This document shows positions 38,534 through 49,600 of a stretch of 64,000 nt of DNA, piece by piece. The DNA comes from Candidatus Krumholzibacteriia bacterium. Its GTDB lineage: Bacteria; Krumholzibacteriota; Krumholzibacteriia; JAJRXK01. Position numbers and translations under genes: made by a program. The DNA is taken from assembly GCA_041484665.1 (NCBI GenBank), contig JBGPIA010000002.1:728287-792286 (forward strand), written 5' to 3'. The notes beneath the pieces are model-generated. The model saw only the letters and a program-made list of their open reading frames with translations. It was not told the origin of the DNA and did no database searches. Within the stretch, counting starts at the first letter, position 1. Each line of letters opens with the position of its first letter.

Positions 38534-41500
38534 ATGAACGTCGGCGATATCGTTTCCCATTACAGAATCCTGGGCAAGCTCGGCCAGGGTGGGATGGGAG
38601 TCGTCTACAAGGCCGAGGACTTGAAGCTCGACCGCGCCGTCGCCCTGAAGTTCTTGCCGCCACACCTCGGTGCCGACGCATCCGCCAGAAGCCGTTTCGT
38701 TCAGGAAGCCAAGACGGCCTCGGCGCTCGACCATCCGAACATCTGCACCATTTACGAGATCGACGCGACCGAGGACGGTCGCACTTTCATCGCTATGGCC
38801 TACTACGAAGGCGAGCCGCTCGACCGGAAGCTCGAGAACGGGCCGCTGTCCGTCGACGAGGCCATCCGCACGGCGGCACAGGTCGCGCGCGGCCTGGCCA
38901 GGGCGCACGCGCGCGGCATCGTGCATCGAGACATCAAGCCGGGAAACATCGTGGTCACCCGCGACGGCGAGGCCAAGATCCTGGACTTCGGGCTGGCCCG
39001 GCTGGTCGGAGTCGAGCACGCGACCGAGATTTCTTCGACCCTGGGAACGGTCGCGTACATGTCTCCCGAGCAGGCTCGGGGTGGCGACGTGGATCAGCGC
39101 ACCGACCTCTGGTCGCTGGGGGTCGTGCTGTACGAAATGCTGACGGGGAAGCTCCCCTTCCGGGGCGAGCACCCGCAGGCGGTCATCTACTCCATCCTGA
39201 ACGAAGCGCCGACCCCGATCTCGAGCCTGGCGCCATCCGTGCCGCGGGCGCTGCAAGCGATCGTCGACCAGGCTCTCTGCAAGGATCCCGCCGCGCGGCA
39301 ACAGGGCGCCGATGCGTTGCGGTCGCAGCTCGCGGGGATGCTCGACGATCCGACGCTGTCGTTCGACACCGCACGACTGCGCCGCGCCGCGGCGCCATGG
39401 CGCCGAGCGCGTCGCTGGATCGTCCTCGGCTCGATCTTGGCTCTCGCTTTCGCCGGGAGCTTGGCCATGTGGAGGTTGCGAACTCCGTCCCAGGCGACGT
39501 CACCGGCTCCGGCGGCGACGAGCGTCGCGGTGTTCCCATTCTCGTACCGCGGCAGCGACGAGTTCCGCTATCTCGGCGAGGGCATCGTCGATCTCCTGAG
39601 CGCCAAGCTGGACGGAGCGGGCGCACTGCGCAGCATCGACCCGCGAGCCATCGCGGGGCTCGCCTCGCAGCGCCAGCTCGCCGGCGTCTTCGACCCGGGC
39701 GGCGCCCGACTCGCCGCCCTGAAGCTGGGTGCGAAACGCTACGTCCTCGGAAACCTGGTGGAGGTCGGCGGCAGACTGCAGGTCGATGCGTCGCTCTACG
39801 ATGCCGGGGGACGGCCGGGCGAGGTGGCGCACGCGACCGCGGACGGAGAAGTGTCTCGAGCCTTCGACCTGGTGGATCAGGTCGCGCTCGGGTTGCTCGC
39901 CGGCCTGGGCGAGGGAGCCTCGTCACGCATCGATCGGGTGGCCGCGGTCACGACCGCGTCGCTCCCCGCTCTGAAGGCGTATCTCGAAGGGGAAAGCGCC
40001 TTCCAGAGGGGCGACTTCCAAACCTCGGTGGAGGCCCTCCAGCGCGCGGTCGACATCGACGCCGGATTCGCCCTCGCCTGGTATCGTCTCAGCATCGCCC
40101 TGGAGTGGAAGGGTACGCCGCAGGATCTGCAGGAGAACGCCGCAGAACAGGCCTACCGGCACGCGGATCGCCTCACCGATCGCGAGCGCAGGCTCCTGGA
40201 GGCGCTGCGCGTCTGGCGTAACGGGCGCAATGCGGAGGCGAAGCAGCTCTACCTGTCCATCGTCCACGCCTACCCGGACGAGATCGAGGGCTGGTACCAA
40301 CTCGGCGAAGTGCTGTTCCACCGCAATGCGCTGTACGGGGTGTCCTTCACGGAATCACGCGGGGCGTTCGAACACGTGCTGTCCTTCGAGCCGCAGCACA
40401 TCGCTTCGATGCTGCACCTGGCGCGAATCGAGGCGTTCGAGGGGCGAACGGCCGAGATGAACAATGTCATCGGGCGGTTTCTCTCGCGGAGCAAGGAGTC
40501 CGTGGATCGCAACCTCGAGATCCGCGCCTTGCGAGCCTTCTGCCTCGACGACCGCGAGCAGGAGGAGGGTGTGCTGGCGGATCTGGAACGGGCCGACGCA
40601 GCGTCCCTCGCCATGGCCTTTACCGACGTCAGCCTCTACGGCCGTCAGCTCGCGGGTGCGGAGCGCATTGCGCGGGTCATGACGGCATCCTCCCGGCCGC
40701 CGGACGTTCGATCGTTCGGGCATGTGGCGTTGGCACACTTCCGGTTGGCTGCGGGCCAATGGGCGGAGGCGAAGCAGGAGCTGGACGCCGCGTCGGTGTT
40801 CGACCCGTGGGCGTCGGCGGAGTACCGAGCGCTCTTCGTGTCGTTGCCGTTCTTGCCGGTGCCCAGAGCCGAGCTCGCGGCCGTTCGCGACCGGCTGGAC
40901 GGCCTCGTTCCGGCGTCCGCTCTGCGTGTCGCCAACCGCGCCGTGTTCATCGACACGCACCAGGACCTGCACCCATTGCTCCGCATGTACTTGCTGGCCC
41001 TCGTCAGCAGCCAGATGGGGGACATCCAGCGCGCCGAAGCGTACGCGGCGCAGATCGAGCAACAGCAGTTCCCGGTGGAGTACCGCGCCCTGGCCGCCGA
41101 CCTGGCGCTCGGCGTGAGGGCGCAGCTTGCGCGCACGCGTGGACGTCCGCAGGAGGCGCTCGCGGCCCTGGAGCGAATCCCCACCGAGACGAAGAACCCG
41201 CTGGAATCGCCGCTCGTCTCCGAGGCCTACGAGCGCTTCACTCGAGCCCAGTTGCTCTTCGAGCTAAAACGGTACGACGAGGCTCTCGCATGGTACGAGC
41301 ACCTCGGGGAGTCTTCGATCTTCGAGTTCATCTATCTTCCGATCGCCCATCTGTGGCGCGGCGAGATCTACGATCGGCTCGGCAAGCGGGACGAGGCCGC
41401 GCTGCACTACGCCCGCTTCATCGAGTCCTGGCAGGGCTGCGATCCACAGCTTCGCCCCATGGTCGAGCTGGCGCGCCGCAAGCTGGCAGCCCTGAATGGC

Positions 41501-41536
41501 AGCGATGGAACGTCCACGAAGCAGAGCGAGCCGTGA
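38534..41536 (+). CDS. Transmembrane Hanks-type Ser/Thr kinase with TolB-N-like and TPR sensor region
   Basis: 'LGQGGMGVVY', 'VALKFL', 'HRDIKPGN', 'DFG', 'YMSPEQ', a TM helix and TPR repeats. Confidence 0.95.
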   Translation: MNVGDIVSHYRILGKLGQGGMGVVYKAEDLKLDRAVALKFLPPHLGADASARSRFVQEAKTASALDHPNICTIYEIDATEDGRTFIAMAYYEGEPLDRKLENGPLSVDEAIRTAAQVARGLARAHARGIVHRDIKPGNIVVTRDGEAKILDFGLARLVGVEHATEISSTLGTVAYMSPEQARGGDVDQRTDLWSLGVVLYEMLTGKLPFRGEHPQAVIYSILNEAPTPISSLAPSVPRALQAIVDQALCKDPAARQQGADALRSQLAGMLDDPTLSFDTARLRRAAAPWRRARRWIVLGSILALAFAGSLAMWRLRTPSQATSPAPAATSVAVFPFSYRGSDEFRYLGEGIVDLLSAKLDGAGALRSIDPRAIAGLASQRQLAGVFDPGGARLAALKLGAKRYVLGNLVEVGGRLQVDASLYDAGGRPGEVAHATADGEVSRAFDLVDQVALGLLAGLGEGASSRIDRVAAVTTASLPALKAYLEGESAFQRGDFQTSVEALQRAVDIDAGFALAWYRLSIALEWKGTPQDLQENAAEQAYRHADRLTDRERRLLEALRVWRNGRNAEAKQLYLSIVHAYPDEIEGWYQLGEVLFHRNALYGVSFTESRGAFEHVLSFEPQHIASMLHLARIEAFEGRTAEMNNVIGRFLSRSKESVDRNLEIRALRAFCLDDREQEEGVLADLERADAASLAMAFTDVSLYGRQLAGAERIARVMTASSRPPDVRSFGHVALAHFRLAAGQWAEAKQELDAASVFDPWASAEYRALFVSLPFLPVPRAELAAVRDRLDGLVPASALRVANRAVFIDTHQDLHPLLRMYLLALVSSQMGDIQRAEAYAAQIEQQQFPVEYRALAADLALGVRAQLARTRGRPQEALAALERIPTETKNPLESPLVSEAYERFTRAQLLFELKRYDEALAWYEHLGESSIFEFIYLPIAHLWRGEIYDRLGKRDEAALHYARFIESWQGCDPQLRPMVELARRKLAALNGSDGTSTKQSEP

Positions 41537-43923
41537 TCGGCCGGACGGTCTCCCACTATCAGATGGTCCAGGAGCTGGGTCGCGGCGGCATGGGGGTGGT
41601 GTACAAGGCCCACGATCTGAAGCTCGATCGCGTCGTCGTCCTGAAGCTCCTGCCGCCCGTGCTGTGCGCGGACGTGGCCGCCAAGCGACGGTTCCTGCAC
41701 GAGGCGCGCGCCGCCTCGGCGCTCGATCATCCCAACATTTGCACGATCTACGACATCGAGGTGACCGACGATGAGCAGCCGATCATCGCCATGGGCTTCT
41801 ACGAAGGAGAGATTCTCAAGGATCGCATCCAGCGCGCGGCGCTGTCGATCGCAGCGGCGACCGAGATCGCTCGGCAGATCGCCCGCGGTCTCGCCGCATC
41901 CCACGCCCGTGGGATCGTACATCGCGATGTCAAGCCGGGCAATGTCCTGGTCACGAGCGAAGGGGTGGTCAAGCTGCTGGACTTCGGTCTGGCCTTGCTC
42001 GCAGGTACCAGCCAGATCGCGCTCACGTGGGGAGCGCACGGCACGACGGCGTACATGTCGCCCGAGCAGGTGCGTGGCAAGAGGGTCGATCAGCGGACCG
42101 ACATCTGGTCGCTGGGGGTCGTCCTCCACGAGATGGTCACCGGGCTGCGGCCGTTCGGGGGAGACGACGCGCAGGGAGTGATCCACTCCATCCTGACCGA
42201 ACGGCCGCCGTCGATGAGCAGCCTGCGGCCCGATGTCCCCCCGCAGCTCGATCGGGTCGTAGCCCGGGCGCTCGCAAAAGATCCCGAAGACCGCTACTCG
42301 AGCGCGGACGAGCTGCTCGCGGATCTGTCTTCGACCGACGCCGCAGCGGCGGGCCAGCGAGACGCGCCGCAGCCCGCGATCGCGGCTCGGAGGGGGAAGC
42401 TGGCACTCGGCGGCCTCGGGCTCGTTTCCCTGGCCGTCCTCATCGGCGCGGGAACTCTCGTGTGGCGAGGGATCGATTCCCGGAAACGAGCCGCCGCGCC
42501 TGCGCCGATCGGCGATGCGGCGACGCGACCGCTCCGGCGACTCGCGGTGATCCCCTTCGACCCCTCCAGTGAAGATCCTCAGTCAGCCTACCTTGGCTAC
42601 GCGCTCGCCGATCAGATCACCGAGGCGCTGACCTACGTCAAAGGGCTGCTGGTCAGGCCCGCGAGCGCCGAGCGTGACCACGCCGGCGACTCGGGGAACG
42701 CACGCGCGCTCGGACAGCAGCTGCAAGTCGACTACGTGCTGACCGGCAGATACTCCTCCGATCCCGAGCGGGTGCGGCTGGACGTGGAGCTGGTGGATGT
42801 CTCGTCGAGCGCGGGGCGCTGGCGAGAGCACTTCGACGTTCCGCGCCAGGATCAGTTCAAGCTCCAGGACGCCGTGGCCGAGCAGGTGATTCGCCGCCTC
42901 GAGCTCGAGTTCTCGCAGGAGCAGCGCAGTCACTTGCAAGCCAACGTGCCGCAGAGTGCCCTCGCCTACGATTACTACTTGCGCAGCGTTTCGTATCCGT
43001 TCACCAAGGAAGGAACCGGTCTCGCCATCGGCGCGCTCGAACAGTCCGTCCAGCTGGACAGCACCTATGCGCCCGCCCATGCGGAGCTCGGCCATCGTTT
43101 CGCGCACCGCGCAGTCTATTCCCTGGGCGGCATCGAAACGTCACAACGGTCCGAAGCGGAATACCTGAAGGCGCTGTCGCTCGACGCCGAGCTGCTCGAG
43201 GCGCTCGGCGGGCTTGCCCGCCTCTACACGGACGTGGGACAGACGGCGAAAGCGATCGGGCTCCTGCGGCGCGCGCTGGCGATCAACCCCGAACACGCGG
43301 ACAGCCACTTCTCGCTAAGCTACATCTACCGCTACGCCGGCATGCTCGAGGAGTCGGCGCGCGAGGGCGAGACGGCGCTGGCGCTGGATCCCGGCAATCC
43401 CAGGTTCCGCTCCGTCGCGACGACGTACCTGTACCTGGGGGATCTGCAGCGTTCGCTGCAGGTGCACGGCCTCGATCCGGAGAGCTGCTGGACGCTGGCG
43501 CGGATCGGCCAGATCCAGATTCGTCTGGGCAATCGCGATCTGGCACTGCAGTACCTGAATCGTGCGATCGAGATGGAGCCGGAAAGCTCGACCGGTCGGT
43601 GGGCGCGCGCCATGCGAGCGCATCTTGAGGGGCACCGCGCGGAGGGATTGCGGGCGTTGCAGGAGAACGAAGAGGCGAGGATGGTCGACGGCGAGCAGCT
43701 GTATCACATGGCCAACATCCATGCTTTGCTCGGCGACCGCAGCGGGTGCATCCGGGTCCTGCGGAGCGCCGTCGATAGCGGGTTTTTCAACTACCCCTTC
43801 ATGCTGCGCGATTCCTTCCTCGATCCGCTGCGTGCCGACCCCGAGCTCCAGAGCATCCTTGCGCAGGCGGAACAGAAGCACCTGGCGTTCGAGCAGCAAT
43901 TCTTCCCAAAGCGGGGGCAGTGA
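41533..43923 (+). CDS. Second tandem transmembrane Ser/Thr kinase with TolB-N-like and TPR region
   Basis: GTG 41533 overlaps the upstream stop (GTGA). 'IGRTVSHY...LGRGGMGVVY', 'HRDVKPGN', 'DFG', 'YMSPEQ', a TM helix and TPRs. Confidence 0.94.
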   Translation: MIGRTVSHYQMVQELGRGGMGVVYKAHDLKLDRVVVLKLLPPVLCADVAAKRRFLHEARAASALDHPNICTIYDIEVTDDEQPIIAMGFYEGEILKDRIQRAALSIAAATEIARQIARGLAASHARGIVHRDVKPGNVLVTSEGVVKLLDFGLALLAGTSQIALTWGAHGTTAYMSPEQVRGKRVDQRTDIWSLGVVLHEMVTGLRPFGGDDAQGVIHSILTERPPSMSSLRPDVPPQLDRVVARALAKDPEDRYSSADELLADLSSTDAAAAGQRDAPQPAIAARRGKLALGGLGLVSLAVLIGAGTLVWRGIDSRKRAAAPAPIGDAATRPLRRLAVIPFDPSSEDPQSAYLGYALADQITEALTYVKGLLVRPASAERDHAGDSGNARALGQQLQVDYVLTGRYSSDPERVRLDVELVDVSSSAGRWREHFDVPRQDQFKLQDAVAEQVIRRLELEFSQEQRSHLQANVPQSALAYDYYLRSVSYPFTKEGTGLAIGALEQSVQLDSTYAPAHAELGHRFAHRAVYSLGGIETSQRSEAEYLKALSLDAELLEALGGLARLYTDVGQTAKAIGLLRRALAINPEHADSHFSLSYIYRYAGMLEESAREGETALALDPGNPRFRSVATTYLYLGDLQRSLQVHGLDPESCWTLARIGQIQIRLGNRDLALQYLNRAIEMEPESSTGRWARAMRAHLEGHRAEGLRALQENEEARMVDGEQLYHMANIHALLGDRSGCIRVLRSAVDSGFFNYPFMLRDSFLDPLRADPELQSILAQAEQKHLAFEQQFFPKRGQ

Positions 43924-44062
43924 TTGCATTCGCCCCCGTCGACGGTCCGCCTCGCGCGGACGCGCGTCACCCTCCGGCCGGCCGCGCCCGACAACCCTGC
44001 TTGGCGTTGGCGGCGGAGCTGGGGTCCGCGGAGGCACCCTTCGGCGTTCCGCGAGCGCGCAC

Positions 44063-46363
44063 CTACTTGACGTAGGTCGCCTTGATCGTCTCCGACAGCC
44101 GCGCCACCCCGGGTTGGCCCGCCGCCCGCGCCTCCAACAGCAGCAGGTAGACGCCCGAGGCCACTTCAGCGCCCGCCTCGTCGCGCGCGTCCCACCGCGC
44201 GCGGTAGCGTCCCGCCTCCATGGACGTGTGCGCCACCACGCGCACCAGCCGGCCCGCGCCGTCGTAGACGCGCAGCACCACTTCCGCGCGCGTCGGCAGC
44301 TCGAAGTCCACCTGCGTGGAGCCATTGAAGGGATTCGGAGCGCTGTTACCCACGCGGAAGCGCGCCGGCGTGCCGCCGGGCAGCACCATCACGCCCGTAC
44401 CCGTCGGGTCGACGCGTACGCGCCAGACGTGGCGGTTGTCCGGGCTCAAGGGACTGTCATCGCTCGCGCGTATCTCGACGTGGTACAGCCCGTCCGCGCT
44501 CGGGGCGAAGTCGTAGGAGCTGCCCGCTCCGGCTGGAGCGCCGTCCACGAACCACGAGAACGACAGGGCGTCCGCGTCGGGGTCTGAAGCGACCGCCGAG
44601 AACGTCGTCGAGCCGCCCACCAACATGGATATGAAGTTACTGGGCGGGCTCGTCGATCTGAACGACGGGATGTGGTTGACGGCGGTGACAACGATCCGCT
44701 TATAGGCTACATCGAGCTTGGCCTGGCTGTTGGTGGCGCGCAGGCCGACCAGGTACTCGCCCTGCTCGTTCACGCTGAACTGCGCGCTCGTGCCCGACGC
44801 GTCGTCGAACTCCCCATCGCCGTCTAGGTCCCACGCGTAAGTCAGCGGCAAGTTCGAGGGATCGCTGGAGCCAGAGGTGGTGAGCATGAGCCCGGCGCCC
44901 TCACTCACCGTCGATCCCCCGGCGATGTTGGCGCGCGGCGTGCCAGTCTTCACGTACTGGTGCATGGCGATCACCGCGTCCAGATCGGCGATCACGCCCT
45001 GCCACGCGGTGACCGCAGCAGAGGCGTTGGTCTGGAGGTTGTCGATCACTCCCCCGTACGCCGCGTCAACGTACCCGGTCAGGTCGAGGTCCTCCACCGC
45101 GGCGCGCGCTGCGTCGATCTCTGCGCCCGTGATGCCCTCAGCCGCCATCGTGCTGATCTCCGACGCGGTGAAACCGCTGGTCGTGACGCGCTGCTGGACA
45201 GCCTGGGCGCCGCTCGCCGAGAAGGTCACGTTCAAGTTGCCGGTGGCAGCGATGGCGTTCTCCAAGTCAGTGAGAGCGCTGATCTCGGCGTCGAGCACCT
45301 CGACTAGCAGCGCGGCGTACTCGCGCGCCTGCCGCGACTGTAGCAGCGTGAACTCGTGGTCGGGAATCGCAGCCGCACCCTGGAACTTCTCGTAGGCGTG
45401 ACGGTACGCGTCGCCGACGGCCGCCTGCAAGTTCGCGTTGTTCGCCAGGCGGACCAGCGCGTTGGCCACGTTGCTCGTCGCCAGCTCGGGCTCGTGCGTC
45501 ACCACGCCCATGAGCACGGCAGGCATGTAGTCGGGATCGGGGGGATCGGCGGCGATCGCGTCGTAGACTGAGGCACGCTTGTTTGCCGCGGTGATGAGCA
45601 TCTCCTTGCCGATCTTGAGCACTGCCCCGTTGTAGGAGAGGGCGAACGGGAGGAAGGCCTGCTGCGGGGCGGGAGCTAGTAACGTATAGGTGAAACCGGC
45701 GTCATCGCGGCCGGTCTCCGTCGCGAGGTGCACGCCCGCCTCCGCGACCAAAGCGAAATCGATGCCGCTGACCGTGGTCTTCACGAGTTGGGCGAAGGCC
45801 CGCCATAAGGCGGCCTTCGCTGCAGAATTGGCCTTGATCGCCGCCACGTTCACCAGCGAAGGCAGGTTGGTGTGCCGTACGTCCAACGCGGAGACGGGGC
45901 CATCGCCGAGGATGTAGTCGATGCCCAGGTCGTACCGGCCGTCTTGGTTCTCGTCCATCACGATATCGAAGTTACCCAGCGGCAGCGGCGGGAGCTTGAG
46001 AATCGCGTCGACGAATCCCCCGGGGAGAAGCGGGCCCTCGATCGGCTTGACCGTAACTGTGAGCACAGCCGGGATCTGGCGTGTGCCCCAGTCGAGGCCG
46101 TCGTTCTGGACGAGGTAGACGTTGCCGATGGCGGGGGGCGGGAAGTCGGGGATATCCCACTCGCCGGTGACGTAGATCACCTCGTTGCTCTGGTAGCTGT
46201 GGTCGTGGAAACCCTGGTTCCCGTCGCCGAGGACGATCTGGATGGCGCCGGCGGGCCAGGCCGCGAGCAGCGTGATCGCGGCCGCAACGCAGGTCACCGG
46301 CAAGGCCGGACGTGGCCTGAGACGAGGGATCTGCCGAGAGGTGGTGCCAGGATCTGTGCTCAT
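44063..46363 (-). CDS. Secreted protein: unknown N-terminal/helical region, PKD/Ig-like domains and CTD
   Basis: Signal peptide, 'SSDP...LTYAWDLDGDGEFDDA', 'ASDPDADALSFSWFVDG', CTD 'APNPFNGST...WDARD...ASGVY'. ATG 46363 has SD AGGAGG. Confidence 0.85.
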   Translation of the reverse strand: MSTDPGTTSRQIPRLRPRPALPVTCVAAAITLLAAWPAGAIQIVLGDGNQGFHDHSYQSNEVIYVTGEWDIPDFPPPAIGNVYLVQNDGLDWGTRQIPAVLTVTVKPIEGPLLPGGFVDAILKLPPLPLGNFDIVMDENQDGRYDLGIDYILGDGPVSALDVRHTNLPSLVNVAAIKANSAAKAALWRAFAQLVKTTVSGIDFALVAEAGVHLATETGRDDAGFTYTLLAPAPQQAFLPFALSYNGAVLKIGKEMLITAANKRASVYDAIAADPPDPDYMPAVLMGVVTHEPELATSNVANALVRLANNANLQAAVGDAYRHAYEKFQGAAAIPDHEFTLLQSRQAREYAALLVEVLDAEISALTDLENAIAATGNLNVTFSASGAQAVQQRVTTSGFTASEISTMAAEGITGAEIDAARAAVEDLDLTGYVDAAYGGVIDNLQTNASAAVTAWQGVIADLDAVIAMHQYVKTGTPRANIAGGSTVSEGAGLMLTTSGSSDPSNLPLTYAWDLDGDGEFDDASGTSAQFSVNEQGEYLVGLRATNSQAKLDVAYKRIVVTAVNHIPSFRSTSPPSNFISMLVGGSTTFSAVASDPDADALSFSWFVDGAPAGAGSSYDFAPSADGLYHVEIRASDDSPLSPDNRHVWRVRVDPTGTGVMVLPGGTPARFRVGNSAPNPFNGSTQVDFELPTRAEVVLRVYDGAGRLVRVVAHTSMEAGRYRARWDARDEAGAEVASGVYLLLLEARAAGQPGVARLSETIKATYVK

Positions 46364-46649
46364 GGAGCGTGCCCTCCTCAGGGTCCAGGCATGGATTAAG
46401 GATCGCGACGGGCGGCGTGGCGAGCTCTGCCGCTGCGCACACGCAGCGCCCAGCGGCTGCCGTGGCACTGCCAGCGCACCCGTACACGCGCCAAGGCTCA
46501 AGGGATCGCCGGCCGGCTCGGGTTGAGCACCGTGGCTGCCGAGGTCACCCAAGGTGTCTCCACTTCACAATCGGCACCCCAAGCCCGGCCGACAGGCTGC
46601 TCTCGCTCACTGCCGACAGGAAGCACGATCTGAGAGCAATGCGATCGTA

Positions 46650-49600
46650 CTACTTCAACAACACCATCTGCCGCGTTTGTAGGAACGTGCCCGCCTCGAG
46701 CCTGTAGAAGTACACGCCAGCGGCCACCGGGGTGCGCCGGTCGTCGTCACCGCTCCACACGACACGATGGACGCCCCCCTCGAGGCTGGCCCCGTCCTGA
46801 AGCGTCTTCACCAATCGGCCGCTCACGTCATAGACCCGCAGGTAGACACGGCTTGGCTCTGGCAGGTCGAAGCGCAGAGTCGTGCTGGGGTTGAAGGGAT
46901 TCGGCACGGCCGGGTAAAGGGCGAATGCGAGCGGCAAGGTTGGGAGCACATCGACATTCGTCGCTCCTCCGAGCGACTCTCCCACCGTAAGCCTGCGGTC
47001 GACGATGGCCCCCTGCGTGTACGAATTCACAATGCCGCTCGGCCAACGGACCTCCACGAGATCGACCGTCGTTGCGGCCCCAAGGCCAAACTCGGCGGTG
47101 AGTGAGTTCTGGGATTGCAGCCCCGACCCCCCAGAGATCTCCCGAATCTGCGACAACCCGCCAGCCACGACGCGGATCCGCGCGCCGATCCCTGAGCGGT
47201 TCGACCGCACCCCAACCAGATCGATGTGGATCCAGTGGTTGCTGCTCACCGCGCCGTTCTTGAACAGTTTGCTGGCTTCGCCACTCACGTAGAGGTCGAC
47301 GAAGCCGTCCCCGTTGTAGTCGCCCCACGCAGCACCGAAGCCGTCCGCCGCGTCGTCGGTCCCCGACTCGGCCGACACATCGGCGAACGTCCCGTTGCCC
47401 TGGTTGCGGAAGAGCTTGTTGGATCCGCCGGAGACCGCCACGTAGAGATCCAAATGGCCGTCGTTGTCGTAGTCAGCCCAGGCCGGGCACTGGGCGTCGC
47501 CGGTCGCGCCGACGCCGGCCGTGCTGGTTACGTCCTGGAACGTCCCGCCGCCATTGTTGTGGTACAGCGTGCTGGCGACGCCGCTGATGTTCGCCACGTA
47601 CAAGTCGAGGAACCCGTCGTTGTCGTAGTCTCCCCAGGCAACCCCGCGGGTCGACCCGGTCCCGGAAACGCCGGCCACGCCGGCGACGGCTGTGACATCC
47701 TCGAAGGTTCCATCGCCGCGATTGCGAAACAGCTTGTCGAAGTCGACGTTGCCGACAAAGATGTCCTGGTCGCCGTCGTTGTCGTAGTCGGCCCATTCTG
47801 CTCCGCGGCTGTCACCCGTGTCAGCAACACCAGCAGGGCCGGCCACCTCAGTGAATCCCGCGCCGTCATTGCGAAAGAGGAAGTTTGCGCCAGACTTGGC
47901 GACGTAGATGTCCAGGTCACCGTCGTTGTCGTAGTCGCCCCAAGGTCCGGTGCGCGCTGTGCCGTCGTTGACCACTCCAGCCGCGGCTGCGACGTCCGTG
48001 AAGGCGCCGCTGCCCTGGTTGTGATAGAGGAGCGCTGGCTGGCTCGTGGTGCTGGTCACGTACATGTCCAGGTGGCTGTCGTTGTCGTAGTCGCCAAAGG
48101 CCACGCCACGGCTCGACTGGGCAACGTTCACGCCAGCTGCAGCAGCCACGTCCGTGAACGTGTCGTTTCCGTTGTTGCGAAACAGGCGGTTGGCCTGGCC
48201 ACCGCTCTTGGTGAGGTACAGATCGAGCTTTCCGTCTCCGTCGTAGTCCCCCCACGCGACTCCAGTTCCAGCGCCCGAGTCGGATGTGCCAGACACTCCC
48301 GCAACGTTCTGGAAGGGCTCACAACTGTCTGGAACTCCGTTGCCGTTGGTGTCGGATGCCGCGCCGCTGGCGATATCGCAGCTGTCGAGCCTGCCGTTGC
48401 CGTTGCAATCGGCTCCACCGTTGATGATTCCGACCGCGTCGAGATCGAATCCCGAGTTGCCGCCGGGGGCACCCGCAGCCAAGCCCACCAGACGCAGGAA
48501 CCGGACCGTCGTGAGGCCGGAGACATTCAGGTCGTAGGAGCGCGCGAAGGCCGGGTTGCTGTGCGCCTCGTCCCCCGCGATGTCCACGACCGGCCCTGCC
48601 GTGGGCGTCACCCGCACGAAGTCGACTCCGTTTGCGCTCACGAGGGCGTCGACCAGCAGGAACTCCGCGGTGCCGAAGTCGACCTCGTACACGTTGAAGT
48701 CGGGACCCGGGCCGTCCACGATCAAGGCACAGTCGAACTGGTAGGTCACACTGCCGTTGCCGATGCCTGCATACAGGTCATCGGGCGCGCCAAGAAACGT
48801 CGCCGAATTGACGCCGGTGGAGTTGCCTGAGAGCGCGGTTGGATAGCGGCACGCACCGATGTCCGCAGAGAGCACGCACGGATCCGGCAAACCGTCTCCG
48901 TTGCAATCACTCTCGAGGATGTCGGCAACACCGTTGGGCTCGCAGTCCACGTAGGACTCGTAGGCGCCCATGTCCACGATCGGAGGCGTGCCCGCGCCCG
49001 TGTCGGCCGTGGCGGGGTCGTCCATGCGGCGCGGATTTCCGTCCAGATCGCTGCTCCCGAAGAGTTCGGCACCGTCGCCGGCATCGATGCAAGGGGAGGC
49101 GGCCCAGAGCCTTAGATTGTCATCGACGGTCCCCGGGCCGTTGTCGGCGCCATCCGCGTCGATGAAGCCGGGGTCGGTGCCGATGCTGCCGTCACCGTTG
49201 TAGGGCAAGCTCAGCCCGCGGATGCACGAGTGAAGCAGCCGGACGTTCGCCGCCTGCGGGCCATCGATCTGTGTCGCAAAGTTGACCGACGCTCCGACAC
49301 GGTTGTTCCAGAGAATGCAATTCGCCAGACCCACGCTACCGCCCGCGTGGTAGATCCCGCCCGCGATCGCCGAGGCGACGTTCTCACTGAAGGTGCAGTT
49401 GATCAGGTGCGGGGTGGTGCCAACATCGTTGTACAGGGCGCCTCCAGCGCCGCCCGCGCGGTTTCCGGTGAACGAGCAATTCGCGATCACAGGGTCGCTG
49501 CCGTTGCGGTTATAGATGCCACCGCCGCCAAAACCTCCGACGTTGCCAACAAACTCGCAGCTGATGACGCGTGGGGAGCTGCCGTTGTCATTGTACATGC

